Below, piece by piece: positions 54,203 to 63,347 of a stretch of 64,000 nucleotides of DNA; the stretch's first letter is position 1, and the number at the start of each line of letters is the position of its first letter. The translations under genes and the position numbers were made by a program. The notes below the pieces were generated by a model. The model was not told where the DNA came from. It did no database searches and saw nothing but the letters and a program-made list of their open reading frames with translations. The DNA comes from Bacillota bacterium (lineage in GTDB: Bacteria > Bacillota > Clostridia > Oscillospirales > Oscillospiraceae). Where the stretch lies: positions 18,502 through 82,501 of the forward strand of contig JAJUHD010000001.1 in the NCBI GenBank assembly GCA_029268085.1. Reading direction: 5' to 3'.

Positions 54203-55321
54203 TCATCCTATATTAAAGAACCTGAGGATGCCCTTGAGAAAGCTTCTTTTCTCCGCGCAGGCTACGGCGTCGGATGCGACGATATCGCACCTTGCAATCT
54301 CCCTGCCGTCAAGAAAATATACGACATCTCCGACCTTTTGATTGATTCCGACCGGCGCGCTTATGCCCTCCGGCATCTCGACTCGGCTTTCAACCCGCCG
54401 CAGCTCCTCGGCGCTCAAAACAGCCTCGGCTGTTTTTGGAACAGAGCATAGCACTTTTTCCGATATCCCGCCCGAAACTTTCAAATATAGCTCGTATTCC
54501 GGCGCCTTCAGCGGCAGCAGCTTCAGCTTGTCAAAACCGTAATCCAGAAGCGCCCTGTGATCGCCCCAGTCGTCCCATCCGTTAAGGGTTGCGGCTACAA
54601 GGCGGACGCCGTTCCTCTCAGCGCAGGTGACAAGGCACCTGCCGCTTTTTTTTGTATAACCGGTTTTTATTCCGATGGCTCCGTCATAGGTTTTTAACAG
54701 CTCGTTATGGTTCCTCAGCAGGCGGCCGTCCTTAATGCCGTTGTAGCGTATGCGCTTTACATAAGTAGAGGCTATTTCCTGAAAATCCTTGTTTTTCATA
54801 GCGGCAGCGCCTAATCTTGCGAGATCCAGCGCAGTCGTGTAATGGGATTTGCCGTCAAGGCCGGAAGGAGTGTCAAAATGAGTGTCCGAAAGCCCCAGCT
54901 CAGACGCGCGGGCGTTCATAAGCTCGACGAAGCGGGGTATGGAACCGCAAAGCAGATGCGCTATCACATTGGCGGCATCGTTTCCGGATTCGAGAAGCAA
55001 TCCGTAAGTTATTTCGCGCATTGTGAGCCTTTCGCCCGCTACAAGCCCCATAGATGAGCCCTCAACTATAATTGCCTCCGCAGGAACCTCAAATTCCGTG
55101 TCAAGTTTTCCGGATTCGCAGGCAAGGAGACCGGTCATTATTTTTGTCGTCGATGCCATGGGGAGCCTTGCATGGACATTATAGCCTTTTACAAGCCGCC
55201 CCGTATCGGCCTCAACAAGCGCGCAGCTCTTGGCCGAGAGCGCGTATGCGCCGAAAGAAATCGAAATGAACAGCACCGCCAACAAGAATGAAACACTTAG
55301 TTTTTTCAGCAAGAACAACAC
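54203..55321 (-). CDS. D-alanyl-D-alanine carboxypeptidase (S11, PBP5/DacB-like)
   Basis: Signal peptide. The motifs are ASTTKIMT (SxxK), SGND (SxN) and KTGYT (KTG). GTG start. Confidence 0.9.
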   Translation of the reverse strand: MLFLLKKLSVSFLLAVLFISISFGAYALSAKSCALVEADTGRLVKGYNVHARLPMASTTKIMTGLLACESGKLDTEFEVPAEAIIVEGSSMGLVAGERLTMREITYGLLLESGNDAANVIAHLLCGSIPRFVELMNARASELGLSDTHFDTPSGLDGKSHYTTALDLARLGAAAMKNKDFQEIASTYVKRIRYNGIKDGRLLRNHNELLKTYDGAIGIKTGYTKKSGRCLVTCAERNGVRLVAATLNGWDDWGDHRALLDYGFDKLKLLPLKAPEYELYLKVSGGISEKVLCSVPKTAEAVLSAEELRRVESRVEMPEGISAPVGINQKVGDVVYFLDGREIARCDIVASDAVACAEKRSFLKGILRFFNIG

Positions 55322-55450
55322 CGCCGTAAAAAGTTCTACAATAGATTGTTTTCTTTAGCGTTTTTCGTTATTAATGCAATTTATGAATATTCAGGGCAGG
55401 TCTGGCAAAATGCCTGCAAACTAACATTATATTCACTGGGGGGAAATAAT

Positions 55451-56143
55451 ATGAATAATAAAATTAATGAAAAGAGCATGGCTGCGAGGCTTATTAAAGC
55501 CCAGCGCGATATCGACGGACTAAAACCGGAGCGGGACGAAGGCTGCGACGACGAGAAGAATATCTGCGGCGGCTGCCGCAGACAGTGCTTTTGCATATCT
55601 GAAACCGAGTTTGCGCTTATTTTTGACTATTTGACGAGAAATATAAGCGAAAAAGATGTTTTAGAAATCATAAGCAGGGCCAAGGCCCAGTGGGAGAAGC
55701 TCAAAACACATTGCCCGGCGGTCGCGGAGATGCTTGAGGGAATAGTCACTCTTGAGGAGCTTCTTAAAACGGACAAGATAACGCTGCCGTTTTCCTGCGT
55801 GTTTTACAGCGAAAGCGATGGCGGATGCCTTATATACGAAGTCAGGCCGCTTATTTGCAGGGCTTACGGCATAGGCCTTTTTGAAAAAACGGTTCCGGAC
55901 TGCGGAAGAGCCGGCCGTCTGCCCGATTTTTACAGGAGAATTCTCAGCTTCCTTTTTCTCGGAAATGCAAAAGGGGGATGCGTTATAATAAGGAGACCCG
56001 CGCCTCTGTTTTATTATTTCAATATGATTTTCAAAAACACCGAGTCCGGGAAAGTGCCTGAAATCGAATTTTGCCGCGACCTCTTGTGCCTCAGCGAGGA
56101 GGAATATGTAAAAAAGCTTGTTGAAACCTGGAACCCGCGATAA
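55451..56143 (+). CDS. YkgJ-family Cys-cluster (zinc/iron-chelating) protein
   Basis: The start is taken at MNNKINEK (ATG 55451). CGGCRRQCFC and CLIYEVRPLICRAYG match the UPF0153/YkgJ CxxCxxCC...C pattern. Confidence 0.7.
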   Translation: MNNKINEKSMAARLIKAQRDIDGLKPERDEGCDDEKNICGGCRRQCFCISETEFALIFDYLTRNISEKDVLEIISRAKAQWEKLKTHCPAVAEMLEGIVTLEELLKTDKITLPFSCVFYSESDGGCLIYEVRPLICRAYGIGLFEKTVPDCGRAGRLPDFYRRILSFLFLGNAKGGCVIIRRPAPLFYYFNMIFKNTESGKVPEIEFCRDLLCLSEEEYVKKLVETWNPR

Positions 56144-56164
56144 GGGCGGCAATAGGAAAATCGT

Positions 56165-56202
56165 ATGTCCCCGTATGTCTGCGCAGGGACATACGGGGAC
56201 AT
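56165..56202. terminator. 15-bp perfect hairpin between convergent genes
   Basis: ATGTCCCCGTATGTC-N8-GACATACGGGGACAT. There is no clear U-tract. Confidence 0.5.
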
Positions 56203-56237
56203 CGTCGAGCGCAGATACGCTCATTTTGGGATGCAGC

Positions 56238-58232
56238 TTATGCCCGCACCGCAGCGTCGATAAGCTCGCTTACAATACCCGGGTCGGAGAGCGTCGCAAG
56301 GTCGCCTAAATTCTCGAATTCTCCCGATGAAATTTTCCTCAAGACGCGCCTCATTATCTTCCCGCTGCGCGTTTTAGGCAGTTCCCTGACAAAGTGTATC
56401 ACATCGGGGCAGGCGATAGGCCCGATTATGCTGCGCACCCTCTGCCTTATCTGTTCTTTCAGTTCCCGGTCGGCCTTAGCTCCGTCTTTGGTTATGACGT
56501 AGGCGCATACGGCCTCGCCCTTTATATCGTGCGGAAAGCCTACGACCGCAGCTTCGGCCACGGAGGGGTGATTGACTATTGCGCTTTCTATCTCCGCGGT
56601 GCTTAAACGATGACCCGAGACGTTAAGCACATCGTCCAGCCTGCCCAGGAGCCACAAATAGCCGTCATCGTCTTTTAGGGCGCCGTCGCCGGTAAAATAA
56701 TATCCGGGATGTGCGGAGAGATAATTTTGCCTGAAACTCTGGGGGCTGTTGAATACGGCCTTCATCAGCCCGGGCCAGGGCGCCTGTACGACAAGGCGTC
56801 CCGCAACTCCGGGCGCGCATTCCGTGCCGTCCTTGTCGAGCACGGCCGCCATTATGCCGAAGAAGGGCAGGGCCGCGGAGCCGGGTTTTGCCGGTATTGC
56901 TCCCGGCAGGGGAGCTGCGATTATGCCGCCGGTCTCTGTCTGCCAGTAGGTATCGACCACGGCGCAGCGCTCCTTGCCTACAACTTTGTAATACCACATC
57001 CATACGTCGGGATTTATCGGCTCGCCTACGGAACCGAGTATGCGAAGGCTGCTAAGATCGCGACTGAGGACCCATTTCTCGCTTTCCCGCATCAGGCTGC
57101 GTATGACGGTCGGAGCCGTATAAAAAATACTCACCTTGAACCTCTCGACGATCTGCCAGAAGCGGTCCGGTCTCGGGTAGTTCGGCACACCCTCAAACAT
57201 CAGCGTTGTGCCGCCGAGCAGGAGGGGGCCGTAAAAGGCGTAGGAGTGCCCCGTTATCCAGCCTATGTCCGCTGTGCACCAGAATATATCGTTTTCACGA
57301 ATATCAAAGACATATTTTGTGGTGAGCGCCGCGTACACGAGGTAGCCTCCGGTCGAGTGCGCTATGCCCTTGGGCTTGCCGGTGCTTCCGGAGGTGTAAA
57401 GGATGAAGAGCGTATCGTTGGAATCCATCTCCTCCGGCAGGCAAACCGAAAAAACGTCGGGTTTGCCCGTTTCCTCGTGCCACCATTTGTCACGCGGAGC
57501 GTAAAAGCCGATCGGCGTACCCGTATGGCGGACGACTATGCAGGTTTCGACATCGGGACAGCCCTCAAGCGCCTTGTCGGCATACTCCTTCAATGGTATA
57601 AGCTCGCCCTTCCTTCTGCCGGCATCCGCCGTTATAAGCAGCCTGGAGCCGGAGTCTCTTATCCTCTCGCCGAGGCTTTCGGCGCTGAAGCCCCCAAATA
57701 CAACGTTGTGCACAGCCCCGATGCGCGAACAGGCAAGCATCGCCACCGCGGCTTCCGGTATAAGAGGGAGATAAATGGTTACCCTGTCGCCCCTGCGGAC
57801 GCCGTATTTTTTCAGAACGTTGGCGAATCTGCAGACTTGGATATATAGGTCGAAATATGTAAGCGTACGGGTATCGTTTTCGTCCTCGCCCTGCCAGATT
57901 ATGGCGGCCTTATCTCTGCGCCAGGCAGCCGCGTGCCTGTCGACGCAGTTATAGGAAGCGTTAAGCCTGCCGCCCTCATACCAGCAATGGTCGCCCTTTT
58001 CGAGGCCGCCGCCGAGAACTCTTCGAAACGGCTTCATCCAATCCACGAGCTTGGATTGCAGCGCCCAGAATACCGCGGGGTATTTTATGGAAAGCTCGTA
58101 CAGCTCCGCGTAATGCTCGTAATTTTTTATTTGTGACCGTTCCCGCACCCTCTGGGACGGGAAAACCAGCCTTTGCCGCTGCGAGGCCGAAACGGTCAGC
58201 GCGGAGGATGCAGAAGTTCTGCCGCAAGTCAT
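56238..58232 (-). CDS. acs: Acetyl-CoA synthetase (AMP-forming)
   Basis: The start is taken at ATG 58232, 8 nt after GGAGGT (MTCGRTS...IKNYEHYAELYELSIKYPAVFW). Motifs are YTSGSTGKPKG, WQTETGG and the C-terminal PKTRSGKIMRR. The ORF-track extension to 58736 runs through repeat copy 3 and a terminator. Confidence 0.95.
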   Translation of the reverse strand: MTCGRTSASSALTVSASQRQRLVFPSQRVRERSQIKNYEHYAELYELSIKYPAVFWALQSKLVDWMKPFRRVLGGGLEKGDHCWYEGGRLNASYNCVDRHAAAWRRDKAAIIWQGEDENDTRTLTYFDLYIQVCRFANVLKKYGVRRGDRVTIYLPLIPEAAVAMLACSRIGAVHNVVFGGFSAESLGERIRDSGSRLLITADAGRRKGELIPLKEYADKALEGCPDVETCIVVRHTGTPIGFYAPRDKWWHEETGKPDVFSVCLPEEMDSNDTLFILYTSGSTGKPKGIAHSTGGYLVYAALTTKYVFDIRENDIFWCTADIGWITGHSYAFYGPLLLGGTTLMFEGVPNYPRPDRFWQIVERFKVSIFYTAPTVIRSLMRESEKWVLSRDLSSLRILGSVGEPINPDVWMWYYKVVGKERCAVVDTYWQTETGGIIAAPLPGAIPAKPGSAALPFFGIMAAVLDKDGTECAPGVAGRLVVQAPWPGLMKAVFNSPQSFRQNYLSAHPGYYFTGDGALKDDDGYLWLLGRLDDVLNVSGHRLSTAEIESAIVNHPSVAEAAVVGFPHDIKGEAVCAYVITKDGAKADRELKEQIRQRVRSIIGPIACPDVIHFVRELPKTRSGKIMRRVLRKISSGEFENLGDLATLSDPGIVSELIDAAVRA

Positions 58233-58451
58233 AATAAAGTACCTCCTGAATATCACTTTATTACAACATAGCCCCTTTCTGCTGCTTTCGGAACGAATTT
58301 TCCGCAAGCCGGAGAAAAAGAGCGCCTTAGGCAAAAAGCAGGGGGTAAACGGCGCGTTTGCTTTTTTTCCCGGCGCTGAAAACGTTTGGAAGGCGAAAGC
58401 GACCGTTTGGAGAGCAAAAAAAACAGAAACGCCGCCAGTAAATGCAGGCGG

Positions 58452-58644
58452 CAGACTGTCAAAAAAGCCCTTTGGGCTTTTTTGACAAGGGGGTTTAATG
58501 ACGGACGCTCTGCAGCGCCCGTCATGAGAGGTGTCATTTCCGACGTACACGCCGACTGAAATGACAGATTTGACTTTGTTTCCGCCATTCGCGGCGGAAA
58601 TTCTGCGAAGCTTTTTTGCTGTAAACAAGTTTTTCGACACGCAG
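58452..58644 (-). mobile_element. Copy 3 (inverted) of the ~193-nt hairpin-rich MITE-like repeat, in the acs upstream region
   Basis: The reverse complement is collinear with copies 1 and 2. The left TIR is degenerate (CTGCGTGTCGAAAAACTTG). A GCCGCC...GGCGGC hairpin plus a T-run abuts its right end, and only a partial duplicate abuts its left end. Confidence 0.8.
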
Positions 58645-58663
58645 CCGCCGCAAATAAAATGAA

Positions 58664-58688
58664 AAGAGCGCATATCAAATGCGCTCTT
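58664..58688 (-). terminator. Intrinsic terminator of the small ORF 58709-58894
   Basis: A 10-bp stem AAGAGCGCAT / ATGCGCTCTT, followed on the minus strand by TTCATTTTATTT. Confidence 0.7.
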
Positions 58689-58708
58689 CAAAAAACTTAA
58701 ATTAAACT

Positions 58709-58894
58709 TTACTTTGCCGCGACAGGCTGTTCGCAATATCCCCAGAGAGTTTGCTCTCTTACATAGTACGCCAAAGCCCGCTCATTCGTATTTGCTTCAC
58801 TGACGTATTTTTCAGCGTCTTCCCTGTAAAGAAAGACTCTGTCTATAAAGTTCACGTCATTTACATCGATGCCCATGACGACATATACTTTCAT
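58709..58894 (-). CDS. 61-aa hypothetical cytoplasmic protein
   Basis: ATG lies behind AAGGGAGGG, and the gene has its own terminator. No family was recognised (MKVYVVMGIDVNDVNFIDRVFLYREDAEKYV...). Confidence 0.5.
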   Translation of the reverse strand: MKVYVVMGIDVNDVNFIDRVFLYREDAEKYVSEANTNERALAYYVREQTLWGYCEQPVAAK

Positions 58895-59017
58895 ACCCGC
58901 ACCCTCCCTTAAGAAATATTCTGTGGTATTGTCTTAAGTATAATGCGGGAGAGGCAAAAAATAAATGCTAATGCCGCCGATTGGTTAAAATCGCCGGCTT
59001 AATGTCAAAAACGGGGG

Positions 59018-59052
59018 GCGAACGGTAGAAGCGGCTGATCCTGGCCGTTCGC
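59018..59052 (-). terminator. Terminator after the LytTR regulator gene
   Basis: The stem is GCGAACGG / CCGTTCGC with a 19-nt loop. On the minus strand it is followed by CCCCCGTTTTT. Confidence 0.5.
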
Positions 59053-59068
59053 GGGACTCAAAACGGAG

Positions 59069-59833
59069 TCATCTTCCCAAAAGCTTTCGCAGCTTTTTAG
59101 ACTGGTTGCGGCTCACCGGAACCTCGCTTTTGTCCTTGTCTTCCATGACAAGGATGCTTGTTCCGTTAAAAAAGGGCAGTATTTCCTTCACCTTCTGTAT
59201 ATTCACGATGTAGCTTCTGTGGGCACGGAAAAAGTTCTTGCCGTTCAGTTTGGATTCCAGCTCCTTGAGCGTGAACCGTGTAAGCATTTCCTCGTCGTAG
59301 GTTTTTATAAAAACAAGATCCCTTTTCACAAAAGCGAAGTAGATTTTATCCACGTCGACAAGAACCATCCTGTCTCTCGACTCGGCTATGATGCGGCTTA
59401 TATCCATGGAATCCTTTTCCGCAGGCTGTGAGGGCTTTGAAGGCATAGACGCGCTCTTTTCAGCGGCCTTGTGCCGCAGCTTGTCAATGGCCTGCTTGAG
59501 CCTGGCCTTGGAAATAGGCTTCAAAACATAATCGACGGCGTTGACCGCGAAAGCTTCAAGCGCAAAATTCTCGTATGCGGTGGTAAATATCACGTCCGGT
59601 CTTTTCGGAAGCTGCTGGAGCTTTCCGGCAAGCTCCACCCCGTTGATGCCCGGAAGGTTTATGTCGAGAAACAAAACGTCGTATTCAAGCGCGCTTACGA
59701 GCTTCAGGGCCTCGGCCGCGCTCGCAGCCTCCCCGACTATCTCGATATTGCTGAACTGCTCAAGCAAAAAACGCAGCTCCTGCCTTGCAAGGTATTCGTC
59801 GTCAACTATCAGCGCTCTCAGATTCACAATCAT
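59069..59833 (-). CDS. LytR/AlgR-family response regulator (REC + LytTR)
   Basis: The REC domain shows ALIVDDE...DVLFLDINLPG, and the C-terminal LytTR domain shows FRAHRSYIVNI. Confidence 0.9.
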   Translation of the reverse strand: MIVNLRALIVDDEYLARQELRFLLEQFSNIEIVGEAASAAEALKLVSALEYDVLFLDINLPGINGVELAGKLQQLPKRPDVIFTTAYENFALEAFAVNAVDYVLKPISKARLKQAIDKLRHKAAEKSASMPSKPSQPAEKDSMDISRIIAESRDRMVLVDVDKIYFAFVKRDLVFIKTYDEEMLTRFTLKELESKLNGKNFFRAHRSYIVNIQKVKEILPFFNGTSILVMEDKDKSEVPVSRNQSKKLRKLLGR

Positions 59834-61160
59834 CGCCCCTTGCGTTTCCAGAATATTTGGGTATCACAAACTTCACTACGGTGCCCTTGCCGGGGGCGCT
59901 CTCTATGTTAAGACCGTAATTTTCTCCGTATATCATTTTCAGCCTCTCGTTAACGTTGCTCATACCGACCCCCGAGCCGGTGCCGAAACCGGGTTCAAGG
60001 ACGCGCGGAAGAATTTCGGGGTCTATGCCAACGCCGTCGTCGGCTACGGAGAGCTCGATTTCGTCGTCGCCAAGTCTGCGTACGGAGATGCGGACGATGC
60101 CGCTGCCCTCCTTGGGCGTAATGCCGTGCCTTATGGCGTTTTCTATAAGCGGCTGCAGGGAGAGTATGGGAATGACCTGCTCCATCAGATCGGGGTTAAC
60201 GGACTGGATTATATGGAGCTTTTCCCTGAAGCGCGCCTTCTCAAGTATAAGATAGTTTCTGACAAATTTCAATTCGTCGTCTATGGTGACAAAACGGCCC
60301 TTTTCCTTCAAAGAGTACCTGAAATATGAAGCAAATCTGTACATGAGGTCTCTTGCAAGGCTGGGATTGGTGCGGATAAGCACGCCGATCGTATTTAGCG
60401 TGTTGAAAAGAAAATGAGGGTTTATCTGCGCCTGAAGCGCGTCAAGCTTCGCTTCGACCGCAAGGTGAGAGTGATAATCTATCTCGGCCAGCTCAATCTG
60501 CATGCTCAAAAGCTCGGCCATGCCCTGGGCAAGCTTTACAAACGAGTCGGGGACGTAGCCTTTCTGCGTCTGATAGAGCTTTACCGTCCCGGCTATCTGG
60601 CCCTTGTACTTTAGCGGAGCTATGACTGCCGACTCGAGCGGGCAGCTGCAGCCCTTTTTTGTGCACTGGAACTCGCTTTTGTGTCTCAATATCCGGAGCT
60701 GGCCGGATTTTATCACGTCGAGCGTGGCCTGCGTCACGATGGGCCCGCCCGGAGGATGCTGCTCGCAGCCTATGCCGAGATATGCCAGCACGTTTTCCGT
60801 GTCCGTAATCGCCACGGCGGCTACGCCGCTGATCTCCATAATTATCTCCGCCACCTTGGCGGCCGTGGCCTCGTTAAGACCCGTGCGCAGGAAAGGAAGG
60901 GCCTTGTTTGCTATCTCCATCGCCGGAGTGAATATCCTGTCGTATGTATTGAGGCTGGTGTAGAGCTGGCTCTGCTTGTAATTGAAAAGCAGCAGCGTGA
61001 AAATATATGACAGGGCGCATACCGGCAGAAAACCGGTCCAGAGCTGAGGGCTCAGAAAAGAAAGCAGTCCCAACACCACGACATGCCAGAAAAGCAGCAC
61101 ATATGTGGTCTGGGACCTCGCTATTTGTTTCAGCTTACGTCTTAAAATCTCTTTTTTCAT
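59802..61160 (-). CDS. LytS/YehU-type sensor histidine kinase (2 TM + GAF-like + His_kinase + HATPase)
   Basis: Motifs are QINPHFLFNTLN (the PF06580 H-box), NAIRHG and DDGVGI...GSGVGMSNV. The first ATG is at 61160; the ORF-track TTG 61187 is also possible. It overlaps the response regulator gene. Confidence 0.85.
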   Translation of the reverse strand: MKKEILRRKLKQIARSQTTYVLLFWHVVVLGLLSFLSPQLWTGFLPVCALSYIFTLLLFNYKQSQLYTSLNTYDRIFTPAMEIANKALPFLRTGLNEATAAKVAEIIMEISGVAAVAITDTENVLAYLGIGCEQHPPGGPIVTQATLDVIKSGQLRILRHKSEFQCTKKGCSCPLESAVIAPLKYKGQIAGTVKLYQTQKGYVPDSFVKLAQGMAELLSMQIELAEIDYHSHLAVEAKLDALQAQINPHFLFNTLNTIGVLIRTNPSLARDLMYRFASYFRYSLKEKGRFVTIDDELKFVRNYLILEKARFREKLHIIQSVNPDLMEQVIPILSLQPLIENAIRHGITPKEGSGIVRISVRRLGDDEIELSVADDGVGIDPEILPRVLEPGFGTGSGVGMSNVNERLKMIYGENYGLNIESAPGKGTVVKFVIPKYSGNARGDDCESESADS

Positions 61161-61277
61161 TTTCCCATGCTTTCCAAATGCCGGCAAAATATTTCAGACA
61201 GTATTATACTACGTTTGCGGCAATATGCAACATTTTCCCGGCGAACCGCCGAAAGCGGCCGCCGAGAGGCGCAAAAA

Positions 61278-62030
61278 TCAAAATATGCGGACGGAGACCA
61301 CGAGGCGTCCTTTTCTGGTTTCCCGCGATATGCCTTCGTAAACAAAGCGCCCGAACCCCCTTACCGATATGATGCCGCCGATTTTCGGGGAACAGCTCGG
61401 GTTTTCGGAAAGACGGCTGTCGACGAACACTTTTTTCTGGGCTATAAGCTCCTGGCTTTCGCTTCGGGAGAGCCTGTATACGGCGGCAATCAGGGAATCC
61501 AGACGCTCCGACGCTACGTTTATGCCGACAGGCTCAGGCCGCTCGGCGGCTAAGCGCGGAGCTTCCGCGGCGCGGCAATCGACAGGAGTGTTTCTGACCT
61601 TTTTAAGGTTTTCGCAAATAAAGGCCGAAACGGATTCCAGACAGAACAAAAAGGCGCGGTTTTCCTTAATAACTATATCTCCGAGAACGCTCCTTCTGAG
61701 GCCCAGAGCGATGACGGCGCCAAGAAAATCCCGGTGTCCGAGATCTTCGGAAAATCTCGCGGAAAGAGGAGATGCTTCAAGGCATACAAGGGGAGGGCTC
61801 TCGGCGTAGCCGCAGAGCTCCTCGCTCCCGAATACCGCTATTTTGCGCTCCGCACCGTCATAGCCGCCATGCAGCGCAAACGGCGCGGAGCCCTTGTCAA
61901 AAGTCATGCGGCAAAGCTCGTTCTGCTCCGCCAGGGTCAAAAACTCGGAATATTCATATTTCCCGCGCGAGGAGGCCCTGCCTGCCAATTCGGAAAAACG
62001 TTTTCTAAGCAGCCGGTCGGACTCGTTCAT
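61278..62030 (-). CDS. ylmH: YlmH-like RNA-binding protein with a C-terminal S4 domain
   Basis: N-terminal FLTLAEQ. The central domain and the C-terminal RLDSLIAAVYRLSRSESQELIAQKKVFVD resemble an S4 domain. 250 aa. Confidence 0.7.
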   Translation of the reverse strand: MNESDRLLRKRFSELAGRASSRGKYEYSEFLTLAEQNELCRMTFDKGSAPFALHGGYDGAERKIAVFGSEELCGYAESPPLVCLEASPLSARFSEDLGHRDFLGAVIALGLRRSVLGDIVIKENRAFLFCLESVSAFICENLKKVRNTPVDCRAAEAPRLAAERPEPVGINVASERLDSLIAAVYRLSRSESQELIAQKKVFVDSRLSENPSCSPKIGGIISVRGFGRFVYEGISRETRKGRLVVSVRIF

Positions 62031-62152
62031 TATGCTCTCCCCGTGACGAAAGGTTGCCGCGTATTATAATCCGCCATTATACGCTGAGGATATTATAACA
62101 TTATAAATGCCCCCGCACAACTCGTATGTTGCTTCCAGCGCAAAGGTTTTTA

Positions 62153-63190
62153 TTATTCGTTGTACGCTTCCCGGCTCAGAGCATAAACGTATTCGAAAAG
62201 CTTTGCGGGCGAAACGCTCGGGCGAAGCGCGGCCTGAACGCCTCCGGTGTTTCCGCACTTCCTTATGAAAGCTTTAGCGGCCTCATAACAGGTTTCGTCG
62301 CTCGCATCGGCGGGCAGGTCGGCGGGATTTATAGCCATGATAAGCTTGTTTCCGTACCTCTCGCGGAGCGCGAACTTGTCGTTCATATCCTGCCCGCTCC
62401 AGGAATCCATGCCCGCTTCTATCATCAGCGGGACAAGCCGCTCGACCTTGCCGCAGCAGTGGAAATCAAAGTAGATGTTCTTGGAGTGCATGTAATCGAC
62501 GATCCTTTTTATGTAGGGGAAAATCATTTCTTTGCAGGTGTCGTAGGAGAAGAAGGAATCTCTCTGGGAGCCCCAATCGTCGTGAAAGCACAAAACCTCG
62601 ACGTTGAAATACTTTTTGCAGTTGTCTATCATCTTTTCATAAATTCCGCAAAGATAGTTGAAGAGGCGGTGAACGCCTTCCTTCTGCTCGTCGTCGATAA
62701 GCGCCATAGCAGCGTACTGGAAGTCCATAAAAGAGATGAGCCTTTCAAAAAAACCGGTCAGTATGGTTGTTTTCGTGATCAGGGTCGGGTCGTACTTCTC
62801 CTTAAGCTGAGCGCTGGCGCCTTCCCAGTCCCAGGAATCCACGTCCGGAAGCGTCACGCATTCCTCCCATCGGTTGATATCCTCCACGGTAGGCGAGCCG
62901 GGTCTTACGATGCCGCCCTTGACGGCGGGAACGTACACCCACTCTATGCCGAAAATGTCCTTGCCTTCCTTTTCGGTGCGGCAGACGTGATCGGGAAATA
63001 TTACGGTGTTGACAGGGTTCGTCTCGCCCAAGGCGAAGGGCATCCAGACCGGGACTTCCCTCCGATAAAGCGCCAGAGTGTTTTCTCGCGGTGCGACAGG
63101 GGTGTTGAATCGAACTATTTTACCGCCCATGACATTGTAAGCGCCGATGATTTTGAGTTCTTCCTGCGGATTAAACTTGACCCTATCCAT
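62153..63190 (-). CDS. URO-D/MtaA-like family protein, paralog 2
   Basis: It shares long blocks with 23696-24760: DVxSWDWEG, TGxFERLISFMDF, ALIDDEQKE, FHDDWGSQ and H-x-CG. ATG lies behind AGAGGTG. Confidence 0.7.
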   Translation of the reverse strand: MDRVKFNPQEELKIIGAYNVMGGKIVRFNTPVAPRENTLALYRREVPVWMPFALGETNPVNTVIFPDHVCRTEKEGKDIFGIEWVYVPAVKGGIVRPGSPTVEDINRWEECVTLPDVDSWDWEGASAQLKEKYDPTLITKTTILTGFFERLISFMDFQYAAMALIDDEQKEGVHRLFNYLCGIYEKMIDNCKKYFNVEVLCFHDDWGSQRDSFFSYDTCKEMIFPYIKRIVDYMHSKNIYFDFHCCGKVERLVPLMIEAGMDSWSGQDMNDKFALRERYGNKLIMAINPADLPADASDETCYEAAKAFIRKCGNTGGVQAALRPSVSPAKLFEYVYALSREAYNE

Positions 63191-63347
63191 AATACACCTC
63201 TTACATTAAAAAAATTCATTTTGGAATCTGTTTTTAATTATATAAAGATATTATGGAAAGTCAACGCGTAACATGCTTTGTAATGTAAAGTTTATCAATT
63301 ATCAATAAGAAATGAGAAAAATATTGTATAAAAAAAGCGGTGAGAAA

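Noticed and set aside
56709-57848. A 379-aa ORF antisense to acs. Comparable long antisense ORFs occur at 29801-30793 and 28860-29612 (secDF), 31398-32561 (trkA pair), 59541-60329 (lytST), 38208-38900 (grpE), 35628-36092 (dnaJ), 2246-2935, 4454-5377 and 25171-25752
   Set aside because: All lie opposite genes with unambiguous family signatures. They are Arg/Gly/Pro- or Leu/Phe-biased, with no RBS or recognisable motifs. They are shadow ORFs.
56238-58736. An 832-aa version of the acs ORF, extending 168 codons upstream of ATG 58232
   Set aside because: The extension runs through repeat copy 3 and ends at the terminator of the upstream small gene. It has an Arg/Cys/Ser-rich nonsense-like composition. 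A GGAGGT RBS sits 8 nt before ATG 58232, which gives a normal ~664-aa Acs.
62126-63271. A 381-aa ORF on the plus strand spanning the whole URO-D-like gene; a similar one lies at 23681-24274
   Set aside because: It is the antisense shadow of a well-supported minus-strand gene. It has no RBS, and its composition is typical of reverse-frame translation.
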